Origin: a bacterium
GTDB lineage: Bacteria; Vulcanimicrobiota; Xenobia; Xenobiales; JADMJV01
Reading direction: 5' to 3'
DNA: 39,227 nt
NCBI GenBank assembly: GCA_030149525.1
Contig: JASBRJ010000256.1
Span: 1-39,227 of the forward strand
Shown: piece after piece, positions 16,114 through 23,978 of the stretch
How the letters are laid out: each line of letters starts with the position of its first letter
How positions within the stretch are numbered: the first letter of the stretch is position 1
Made by a program: the position numbers and the translations under genes
The notes under the pieces: model-generated
The model's input: only the letters and a program-made list of their open reading frames with translations
The model's database searches: none
What the model was told of the DNA's origin: nothing

Positions 16114-16743
16114 ATGAACATCAACATCAATTTTGGATATCAAACTCGTGGATGCTGGGGAGGCGGCTGGAGACCTTCACCTGTGTATCGCCCGGTCAAC
16201 TCAAACCACGGTAACCTCGACGGCGCTGTTGTCGGCAACCGACACTGGTTTTGGGGCGGTGGCGCACCGGTGCGGGGCTATGGCGTCGATCTGAACAACA
16301 ACGGACGCTACGACCGCGGACAAGACGGAGTCCTCGCCTTCGACTTCAACCGCGACGGCAAACTCGGCCGCAAAGAGATCACCCAGTCGCGCGAAATGTT
16401 GAGAGCTTTCGGTGGATGCGACGATATCAACGGCGACGGCAAAGTCAGCTTTTCCGAAAGAAACAAAGCCCGCAGATACCGAGCCCGAATGCAACGAATG
16501 GACCTCAATCGCGACGGCAAACTCAGCACCTACGAACTCGCGCGAGGCGGTGCCCTGGTCGGTGTGGACCATAACCGCAACGGTAAGTTTGGCCGCCATG
16601 AAACTTACAGCCCCTACAACATTCCTACTCCTGGTTTCGGACGTGGACGCCTCGACTTCGTGGACCCTTCGCGAGGATACAGCCAGGTTAATCACGGATG
16701 GGCCTGGAGTTTTCCTCCTCACTATGGCTGCTGCTGCCGATAG
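16114..16743 (+). CDS. EF-hand calcium-binding protein (4-5 canonical 12-residue loops), Gly/Trp-rich N-terminus, C-terminal CCC
   Basis: Loops DFNRDGKLGRKE, DINGDGKVSFSE, DLNRDGKLSTYE, DHNRNGKFGRHE (DxNxDG…E) plus a degenerate DLNNNGRYDRGQ. SD-like GAAGGG 9 nt upstream of the ATG. Confidence 0.75.
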   Translation: MNININFGYQTRGCWGGGWRPSPVYRPVNSNHGNLDGAVVGNRHWFWGGGAPVRGYGVDLNNNGRYDRGQDGVLAFDFNRDGKLGRKEITQSREMLRAFGGCDDINGDGKVSFSERNKARRYRARMQRMDLNRDGKLSTYELARGGALVGVDHNRNGKFGRHETYSPYNIPTPGFGRGRLDFVDPSRGYSQVNHGWAWSFPPHYGCCCR

Positions 16744-16797
16744 CTTACGCTCTTACACCAGGCAAAAATGAGAAGCCTCTGATTTCAGGGGCTTCTT

Positions 16798-18144
16798 TCA
16801 TACTGTTTTACGAACGACTCGACACTCTCCACAACTCAGGCTTCCGCCCTCGTTGAGAAAGCCACAGAGACTACAAGTCCACGGGCCAGGCTCTCCCTGC
16901 ACTGCCTGGCGAGTTTCCACGGCATCATACATGAACCAGACGGCCGCAATCATGGCCTCTGTGTCTCCCTCGTTCACAAAGAGGGAAAAAGCTTCCAAGG
17001 CCTCTTGAGAGAGAGGATACCTGCTGAGTAGCTCCACCAGGGCAGCATCGGGCACCGTGCCGGCCAAAATACCTCGAGCGGCCTCGAAAACATGGCGCTC
17101 AGGGCTGCCCTCGGGGAAGGTATCCGGCTTGAGAGTTAACTCTTCCAGTGTGGAAAAGGAGTCGCTCACCCACTCCAGAGCCTCGGAGAGACTCTCCAAA
17201 AGTTCCTCATCCTCACCTTCTTTCTCCTTGAGGGCTGCCACCGCAATTTTGAGCGCCTCCATGGATTGGTCAACGCTCTCAAAGACCTCGGCTCTCTCCT
17301 CCGGCACCACGAAAAGGTGAGGTTTCACGGAAGCCCAGAACTCATCCAACTGAGGGAAGAGCTCCTCCTCGGTCGACTTCGCTCCCCGTCTCCACTTTCG
17401 TCGCTCGACGGCCCGCGCACTTTCATAAGCGATCTCGAGCTCCGCTCCGACGACCGGAATATTGAAACGCGAATACTGTTTTTTGAGGCGTTGTCGCTCG
17501 TTGCGGTCCCACTCCAGCAAGAACTCCGTCAGACTCGCCCCCTCCTTGAGGTCGGCAAGGCCGTCTTGAGTTGGAGCTTTTGCGGGCAATCCGTTATGAA
17601 CGGCTCTCACACCGGCTTCCATCAAATCGAAGCCTTCTCGCAAAGCGGCTTGGACATGCTCTGGAAGTCGATACTGTTGCTCAAAAAAGAGGCCTCGCAA
17701 GTTATCGATACACTCGGACAGAAGAGGCAATCTATCCCTCACCCCTTGCGCCGTCCCTCGGTCCATACAGAAAGCAGCACCTGCTAAGAGAATTTCGTTC
17801 ACCGCGGGTATAGGCGAGTGATGTGGGAACTTGCGGTCTTCATTGAGCTGCTCCATGATGGCTACCGTCTCATAAACGGGACGAGCGAGGCTCTCGAAGT
17901 CGATATCCTCTCCGTCGAGTTGACCTTGAACACTCTCCCAGAGCAAGACAAAATTATCCAGGTCGCGCTGCTCCGTATCGTTCACGCTGTAGGCACCATG
18001 AAAGGTATGCCAGTCCTTAACCGACTTCCAGGTGTCGAGAAACGCCTCTAACTCTTCTTCAAATTCCTCGCTCCCCCAGTAGAGCGCGTTCAAAAGACCA
18101 ACGAGGCCAGGTGGTAGATGAGTGATCACAGCCGTTTGTTGCAC
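16798..18144 (-). CDS. Hypothetical acidic helical protein (448 aa) with C-terminal RanBP2-type zinc finger
   Basis: The C-terminus WTCSLCGFLNEGGSLSCGEC fits W-x-C-x2-C-x3-N-x6-C-x2-C. The rest is Glu/Leu-rich and helical. Confidence 0.6.
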   Translation of the reverse strand: MQQTAVITHLPPGLVGLLNALYWGSEEFEEELEAFLDTWKSVKDWHTFHGAYSVNDTEQRDLDNFVLLWESVQGQLDGEDIDFESLARPVYETVAIMEQLNEDRKFPHHSPIPAVNEILLAGAAFCMDRGTAQGVRDRLPLLSECIDNLRGLFFEQQYRLPEHVQAALREGFDLMEAGVRAVHNGLPAKAPTQDGLADLKEGASLTEFLLEWDRNERQRLKKQYSRFNIPVVGAELEIAYESARAVERRKWRRGAKSTEEELFPQLDEFWASVKPHLFVVPEERAEVFESVDQSMEALKIAVAALKEKEGEDEELLESLSEALEWVSDSFSTLEELTLKPDTFPEGSPERHVFEAARGILAGTVPDAALVELLSRYPLSQEALEAFSLFVNEGDTEAMIAAVWFMYDAVETRQAVQGEPGPWTCSLCGFLNEGGSLSCGECRVVRKTV

Positions 18145-18246
18145 ATCAAACGATTCTTGAACCGGTCATCAGGCCCTCCCCTCGGACTTCTCTTGAGGCC
18201 AGGACTCGAAAGGACACCTGACCGGAACCCATAATCCTCGGGGAGT

Positions 18247-21200
18247 TTGCGGCCCTATAGAGACATATTTCTCCTTGGCGTCTTCTTTCTGGCACTGGAT
18301 TTTGGGCTTAGATACCCTATCATCTTCGACCCCGCAGTAGGCTTGCTCACTGTAGCGATTCTCGTCTGGGGGAGGAAAACCGCACCACTCTTTGTGGTCC
18401 TCGCTCTTGCCGTCAATCTCTACACTGGCCAGAGTTGGCTCCCCGCTTTACTTCTCGCGTGCGCCGACGTTGCACTATCGGGAGGGGTCGCCTGGCTGGT
18501 CACAAGACTCCTGAGCCAGGAAGGCCGGTTGAGCACAATCCGGGACCTGGTACTCTTCATGAGCGTGGTATGTCCCGTTGTAGGTGTGATTGGCGCTCTG
18601 GCCCGTTATCAAATTCTTCTTCTCAGCGGTTCTCCCATGATACCCACGGGCTTCCTCTATCTGGTTGTGGAAACGCTCGCCCTCTTATTCGGCTTAGCGC
18701 TTGGCGTACCGCTGGGACTGGCTCTTTTCGACGTCAAGCCGCCCTGGCAGAACCGGCTACAATTGGTAGGACTGCCGACGCTCTTTCTCATCCTTTTTAC
18801 CTTTTTCGGACGGGAGGTCATTCAAAGCAACTATGAGCGAAGCGCCGGTATGCTCGTTCAAACTCAAGCTCGTCTGATGGCGGACCGCACCCAGGAAGAG
18901 CTTCTCTTCTACGAGCGCTTGCTTCGCACCATCGCAGCCTACTTGAGGTCGCACCCCAACACTACTCAGGATGAGTTCGAGAAATTTGCAGCAAGCCTCA
19001 CAGAGCGCGGCAGCATGCTGATAGCCCTGCAATGGATTCCGCGAAGCCAAACCGAGTCCGATTCTCTCTTCCTCTACCAGGCTATTCCCGGCTCGGGGGC
19101 ACCTGGAGAGTCTCTTCAAAGAGAAGGTGGATGGCAGAAAGAGGTCACAGCCAAAGACGCTATCACCGTCAAATTTCCCGCGCGGGAAAGCGACGATGCG
19201 GTGAGGGGTCGCTTCTACATGATTCTGCCTCTGGATTTTCCCAACGCCGGTTACGTCATAGGTGAGTTCTCAACCAGGGCGCTGGTCGAGACCAGTAGGA
19301 AGGAAGTGAAAGACTCCCGCCTCATGGCTGCCGAGGTTTATGGCGCCGAAGGTGTCCAACCTGAGAATCTGCTGTTCCGCTTCGGGAAGCCCTGGAAGCC
19401 GAACCTTCAGACCTTCTCCGAGACCATCGCCGTAGGTGACTCCCGCTGGACTTTACGGATACCCGTTGTCATCGATCCCGACTCCCGGCCAAAGTTCGCT
19501 TTACCCATGGGGCTCTTCATACTGACTGCTGTACAATTCTTTTTGGTCCTTGTGAGTGACGGCCAGAACCGGATCAAACAGCTCAATACCGAAGTTCAAG
19601 AAAGAGCGCTCCGACTGGAACGATTAAACGAAGAACTGGCGGAGGCACGGGATTCAGCTCAGTCTGCCAACGAGGCAAAAAGTCTTTTTCTGGCCAATAT
19701 GAGCCATGAGATCCGGACTCCCATGAACGGGATTCTCGGCCTCATCCGACTCTTGCTTGAAAGCGAGCTTCGCCCGGCTCAGGAAGAACAACTCCATCAT
19801 GTTCTCTCTTCTGCCGACTCCTTGATGGCCGTCCTGGACGAAATCCTGGACTTTTCGAAAGCCAAAGGCGGAGCCCTCAAAGCCGAACCTGCCGACCATA
19901 ACCTGGCATCGTTGCTGGAGCGTGCCGTAAGAACGATGATTCTTGCCGCAGAAGAAAAGGGTCTCACTCTGCTGCTTTCTGCCCCCGTAGAACTCCCCGA
20001 GAACGTCACTCTAGACGGAGACAAACTGTATCAGGTTCTCCTCAATTTACTTGGAAACGCCATCAAATTCACCGACACGGGCGAAGTGGAGTTGAAAGTT
20101 GAAGTTGAGCCCGCCGAAGGGTCAAAATCTCACTTCGTCTTTTCAGTCCGTGACACCGGTCCAGGCATCCCCTCCGACCAACAAGCGAAAATATTCGAAG
20201 CCTTCACTCAGGTCTCCAGTCCCGACCATGCCGACCCTCGAGGCGCAGGTCTGGGACTTGCCATCTCTCAACGATTGGTTGAGTTGATGGGGGGGAAACT
20301 TGCCGTCACAAGCTCGGTGAATCAGGGCGCCACCTTTAGCTTCTCCCTACTCTGTGAGTCCAGCCCGTTGGTAGAATCAAGCATAGAGCGCGAAATCAAC
20401 GCTTCAGATTACCCGACTCACATAGCCTTGAACTCGCAAGCACTCAGCCGAAATCTGGAAGAACTCTTTCGCCACTGGGGCTTTCCCGTCGTTTCCGACA
20501 AGTCGAAAGCAAAACTCCTGGTGGGCGATGATCGGCTGCTCACTCTGAACTCTCCTGAGTCTGTCGGTACCATCATCTGCCTGGACGCCTCCCGATTCGT
20601 TCAGCTGTACGACTCTTGTCTTTCCAAAGGAGCCATCGCCCTGGCTCAGCCGATCAGCACCCGAGTTATCCAGGAAGCCATCGAGACCGCTCTTCTCGGT
20701 CGAGAGACCGCGGTTGAAGAGCAGCAGCCGAAGGCCGCCCCTTGCAGGGACTTTTCAGGACTGACGGCACTCGTTGCCGACGACAACTATACCAATCGAC
20801 TTCTAGCCTCACTTCTACTCAAGCGGCAAGGATTCGAAGTGATTCTAGCCGAGGATGGACAGGAAGCGGTGGAAACCACCAGGCGAATGCAGCCCGACGT
20901 GATCCTCATGGATATTCGCATGCCCAAGCTCAACGGGTACGAAGCGGCTCAAAAGCTGCGGAATCTGAATTACTCCGTTCCCGTGATTGCCGCTACCGCC
21001 CACACACTGGAAGCCTCCGACCCGAAATTGAAAGAAGCGGGTTTGAACGGATTGGTCAAAAAGCCGTTGAACGAGGAGAAACTTCGGTCCGTATTATATC
21101 GTGTGATGCTGCAACAGAAGCCCTACTCACTCTCAGCGCTTATGCACTCGGTAGGCCAGAGTCCGTCTTCTGCAAAGGCTGTCATCGAAGGATTCCTCAA

Positions 21201-21432
21201 GGAGGCCAATGAGTTGAGCAAGGCACTTGCCGACGCTTCCGACGAAGACCAACTCTCGGCCGTCCTTCACGCCATACGCGGAACAGTCAGCATCTTCGAG
21301 GCCGAAGCCCTACTGAACGCCATCGACCGACTTGAAACTGAAGGCTTTGAGAAAAGCACCAAGCATAACGTTCAGGAGAGACTCACGGATTTAACAGAGC
21401 TACTCAAAAAGGAGAGCCTGAGTCTGAGTTAG
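18247..21432 (+). CDS. Hybrid sensor histidine kinase: polytopic N-terminal membrane domain + periplasmic sensor (CHASE-like, inferred) - HisKA - HATPase_c - REC - HPt
   Basis: H-box ANMSHEIRTPMNGILG. N/G boxes LLNLLGNAIKFT, DTGPGIP, GAGLGLAISQRLVELMGG. REC domain with LMDIRMPKLNG. C-terminal HPt LHAIRGTVSIFEAEAL. There are more than six N-terminal TM helices. Confidence 0.9.
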   Translation: MRPYRDIFLLGVFFLALDFGLRYPIIFDPAVGLLTVAILVWGRKTAPLFVVLALAVNLYTGQSWLPALLLACADVALSGGVAWLVTRLLSQEGRLSTIRDLVLFMSVVCPVVGVIGALARYQILLLSGSPMIPTGFLYLVVETLALLFGLALGVPLGLALFDVKPPWQNRLQLVGLPTLFLILFTFFGREVIQSNYERSAGMLVQTQARLMADRTQEELLFYERLLRTIAAYLRSHPNTTQDEFEKFAASLTERGSMLIALQWIPRSQTESDSLFLYQAIPGSGAPGESLQREGGWQKEVTAKDAITVKFPARESDDAVRGRFYMILPLDFPNAGYVIGEFSTRALVETSRKEVKDSRLMAAEVYGAEGVQPENLLFRFGKPWKPNLQTFSETIAVGDSRWTLRIPVVIDPDSRPKFALPMGLFILTAVQFFLVLVSDGQNRIKQLNTEVQERALRLERLNEELAEARDSAQSANEAKSLFLANMSHEIRTPMNGILGLIRLLLESELRPAQEEQLHHVLSSADSLMAVLDEILDFSKAKGGALKAEPADHNLASLLERAVRTMILAAEEKGLTLLLSAPVELPENVTLDGDKLYQVLLNLLGNAIKFTDTGEVELKVEVEPAEGSKSHFVFSVRDTGPGIPSDQQAKIFEAFTQVSSPDHADPRGAGLGLAISQRLVELMGGKLAVTSSVNQGATFSFSLLCESSPLVESSIEREINASDYPTHIALNSQALSRNLEELFRHWGFPVVSDKSKAKLLVGDDRLLTLNSPESVGTIICLDASRFVQLYDSCLSKGAIALAQPISTRVIQEAIETALLGRETAVEEQQPKAAPCRDFSGLTALVADDNYTNRLLASLLLKRQGFEVILAEDGQEAVETTRRMQPDVILMDIRMPKLNGYEAAQKLRNLNYSVPVIAATAHTLEASDPKLKEAGLNGLVKKPLNEEKLRSVLYRVMLQQKPYSLSALMHSVGQSPSSAKAVIEGFLKEANELSKALADASDEDQLSAVLHAIRGTVSIFEAEALLNAIDRLETEGFEKSTKHNVQERLTDLTELLKKESLSLS

Positions 21433-22505
21433 TTCATAAGAGTGGGAAAAGAAATGACGAACTCGCTACCTCCGTCATCTCTGGGGGCAAAGCGAACCGA
21501 ACCGCCGTGGGCCTCCATGACCCGACTTACAATCAGAAGGCCAAGGCCTGTACCTCTCACCGCACCTGACGTTCTGGAGCTTCGATAGAATCTCTCAAAA
21601 ATTCTTGACTGCTCTTTCTCCTCGATTCCCACTCCCCGATCCTTGACACTCAGAACCAAACGTTCACCGCGACAAATCTCCAGGTCAATGGAACAGCCTT
21701 CCGGTGAGTATTTGACGGCGTTGTTCAGAAGGTTCTCGACGGCCCGACTCATCCAATCCCAATCAAAAGAAGCCGGGTACTCCTCCAGTTCACAACGAAG
21801 CCGAAGCTCCTGGCCCTTCTCTTTCGCGACGGGAGTCGCACCGAGAATCACCTCTTCCACCAACTCGCGAAAACAATTGTCTTCCCTATGAAGCGGAAAC
21901 TCTCCATCCTCAATCCGGATGAAGTCGAGATACTTGTCGAGTCTCGCGAACAATTTTTCAAGAGAGCGGGTGGCAAGATCTAGAGCCTCTTGGTTGCCAC
22001 TTCCTCGAAAAGATTGGAGAGCCATACTGGCACAAGCTGCCGGACTCCGAAGATCATGCACCAAAAGGGTGCGAATCTCGTCCTTAAGGAAGCTTAGCTC
22101 CTCCTCCCGCTGGACCGACCGCCGATTGGCTAGAGCCTTCTCTAGAGCGGCCCCAAGAGCAAGGGGTCCCTCCTTAAAATAGGCTTTATCGAGATAACCG
22201 TCCGCACCCTCGGCGATAGCATCTACAGGAGTATGCAACTCCCCCTTACCGGTGATGACCACCACGGCCGTTTTTCGACAACGGTCCCTGATCTCTTTGA
22301 GCAGAGCTATTCCGTCCCCGTCGGGGAGTCGATAGTCCAGAAGAACGAGATCATACTTTTGCTGGCTGAGAGCCTCTCGACCCTCTCCGGCGGTGGATGT
22401 CGTCTGAAGCTCTATGTCGTGATGTTTCAACAGCTCTCCAACTAGAGCTCGTGTTGTGGTGGAATCGTCCACCAGCAAGACCTTACAGCCGTGAATTGTT
22501 TGCAT
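21429..22505 (-). CDS. Response-regulator receiver fused to histidine kinase (REC-HisKA-HATPase_c)
   Basis: REC motifs VLLVDD, LVLLDYRLPDGDG, VVVITGKGE. H-box LVHDLRSPAA. HATPase LLNNAVKYSPEG, DRGVGIE, GTGLGLLIVSRVMEAHGG. The 3' end overlaps the hybrid HK stop by 4 nt (convergent). Confidence 0.85.
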   Translation of the reverse strand: MQTIHGCKVLLVDDSTTTRALVGELLKHHDIELQTTSTAGEGREALSQQKYDLVLLDYRLPDGDGIALLKEIRDRCRKTAVVVITGKGELHTPVDAIAEGADGYLDKAYFKEGPLALGAALEKALANRRSVQREEELSFLKDEIRTLLVHDLRSPAACASMALQSFRGSGNQEALDLATRSLEKLFARLDKYLDFIRIEDGEFPLHREDNCFRELVEEVILGATPVAKEKGQELRLRCELEEYPASFDWDWMSRAVENLLNNAVKYSPEGCSIDLEICRGERLVLSVKDRGVGIEEKEQSRIFERFYRSSRTSGAVRGTGLGLLIVSRVMEAHGGSVRFAPRDDGGSEFVISFPTLMN

Positions 22506-22612
22506 AATTCTTCGAACTCATTCCGGAAGAATCGAGTGCGCCCCCCCGCCTAATACTATACTACTATGCAAAGGTCCGCCGGAGTCTCCTTTCGAAACAT
22601 TCTCGTCCGAAG

Positions 22613-23311
22613 ATGACGCAACCCCCAAAGATCCTGATTGTCGACGACGACAAAGACCTGCAAAGGGTGCTCCAGCTGGAACTTGAGACCTTCAGCTACA
22701 ACGTTTGTTTTGCCCAAGACGGCATCGAAGCCCGGGCCAAATCTCGCTCTGAAAATCCCGATCTCATCATTCTCGATGTGAATCTGCCAGGCATGGACGG
22801 TCTTGAAGTGTGTCGAAAGGTTCGCTCCGAGTCCAACGTCCCGATTCTCATGCTCAGTGCCCTCAGAGAAGACTACGACCGTATTGTGGGCTTGGAAGTC
22901 GGTGCCGACGACTATCTGGGGAAACCTTGCAATCCCAGGGAGTTGCTGGCCCGAGTACGTGCTCTACTTCGTCGCTCACGAATGACGAAAAGCAGCGAGC
23001 CGAATTCCGATCACGAACTCAGGATTGGCGAACTCTTTCTGAACACCGAAAGCCACCAGGCATGGCAAAAAGAAGAGCCGCTCTCTCTCACACCTATTGA
23101 ATTTTCTCTCTTGGAACAGTTGATGGCAAATCATCAAAAAGTTTTGTCACGCGAAGAACTCATCGAGTCGATCTGGGGCAGCGACTTCGTCAGCAGCCCG
23201 CGGATTCTAGATACTCACATTCGCAATTTGCGACGCAAACTTGATCCTGCCGGTCCAGCCATAGACGTGGTCAGAGGCATAGGCTTCAAACTTTCTTTAT
23301 TAAATCAGTAA
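22613..23311 (+). CDS. OmpR/PhoB-family response regulator (REC + winged-helix DNA-binding domain)
   Basis: ILIVDDD, LIILDVNLPGMDG and ADDYLGKP receiver motifs. C-terminal LTPIEFSLLEQLMAN…LDTHIRNLRRKL trans_reg_C. Confidence 0.9.
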   Translation: MTQPPKILIVDDDKDLQRVLQLELETFSYNVCFAQDGIEARAKSRSENPDLIILDVNLPGMDGLEVCRKVRSESNVPILMLSALREDYDRIVGLEVGADDYLGKPCNPRELLARVRALLRRSRMTKSSEPNSDHELRIGELFLNTESHQAWQKEEPLSLTPIEFSLLEQLMANHQKVLSREELIESIWGSDFVSSPRILDTHIRNLRRKLDPAGPAIDVVRGIGFKLSLLNQ

Positions 23312-23462
23312 CGCCCGACCACGAAAACCCTAAAAACTCCTAGCAATCTCCCGACAATCTCCTATTTACCATTCCAGGTTGCCCCCATTGGCCCGTGAAA
23401 TTTAGGGGCCAGAATTTTGCCCCGAGAGCTCTTTCTCGAGTTCTTGGCCACGGGAGGCATAC

Positions 23463-23942
23463 ATGTCAAAATATCACATTCGCGAGGAGCTTGTTGCAGC
23501 TCAAGTCGGCGATGAGCTCGTCGTCTATGACTCAAAACTTCAAGCGGCCCACAGCTTATCTGCTGATGCCGCCGAACTCTTTCAGAGACTCAAAGAGGGA
23601 AAAGAACTCGAGCACAGCGAGGCAAATCTCGCGATTCTTTCACTCTTCGCAGAAAAAAATTTCCTCGAGGAGTCCGATGACTGGAGTCGTCGAGACTTTC
23701 TATCCGGTGCCATCAAAGCCGCCACCGTCCCCCTCATCGCAAGCGTTGCCCTCCCCGTTCCGGCGGCAGCCCAGTCCGGCGCCGGCGTGTCGGAGGCTGA
23801 CTGCGAACTCAGCGGAGGGGCATCCTGCGGTCAACCCTGCACCGGCTTCCCTATCGGCACGCGAGTCTGTGGCTCCGTGAGCGGAGTGCCGGGCGGGGCA
23901 TGTGGGTGTGTGCCGACTCCGGCAGCCTGCAGTTGCACCTAA
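23463..23942 (+). CDS. Hypothetical protein: PqqD/RRE-like N-terminal domain (~70 aa) + internal twin-arginine-like signal/TM segment + 8-Cys C-terminal tail
   Basis: Strong SD GGGAGG 5 nt before the ATG. Residues 15-70 (DELVVYDSKLQAAHSLSADAAELFQRLKEGKELEHSEANLAILSLF) follow the PqqD/RRE pattern. SRRDFLSGAIKAATVPLIASVALPVPAAAQS resembles a Tat signal with an AxA site. The tail is CELSGGASCGQPCTGFPIGTRVCGSVSGVPGGACGCVPTPAACSCT. A 6-nt gap separates it from the next gene. Confidence 0.6.
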   Translation: MSKYHIREELVAAQVGDELVVYDSKLQAAHSLSADAAELFQRLKEGKELEHSEANLAILSLFAEKNFLEESDDWSRRDFLSGAIKAATVPLIASVALPVPAAAQSGAGVSEADCELSGGASCGQPCTGFPIGTRVCGSVSGVPGGACGCVPTPAACSCT

Positions 23943-23978
23943 ACTAGATTGCCTACGGACACAATTTGGAGCAGAGAC

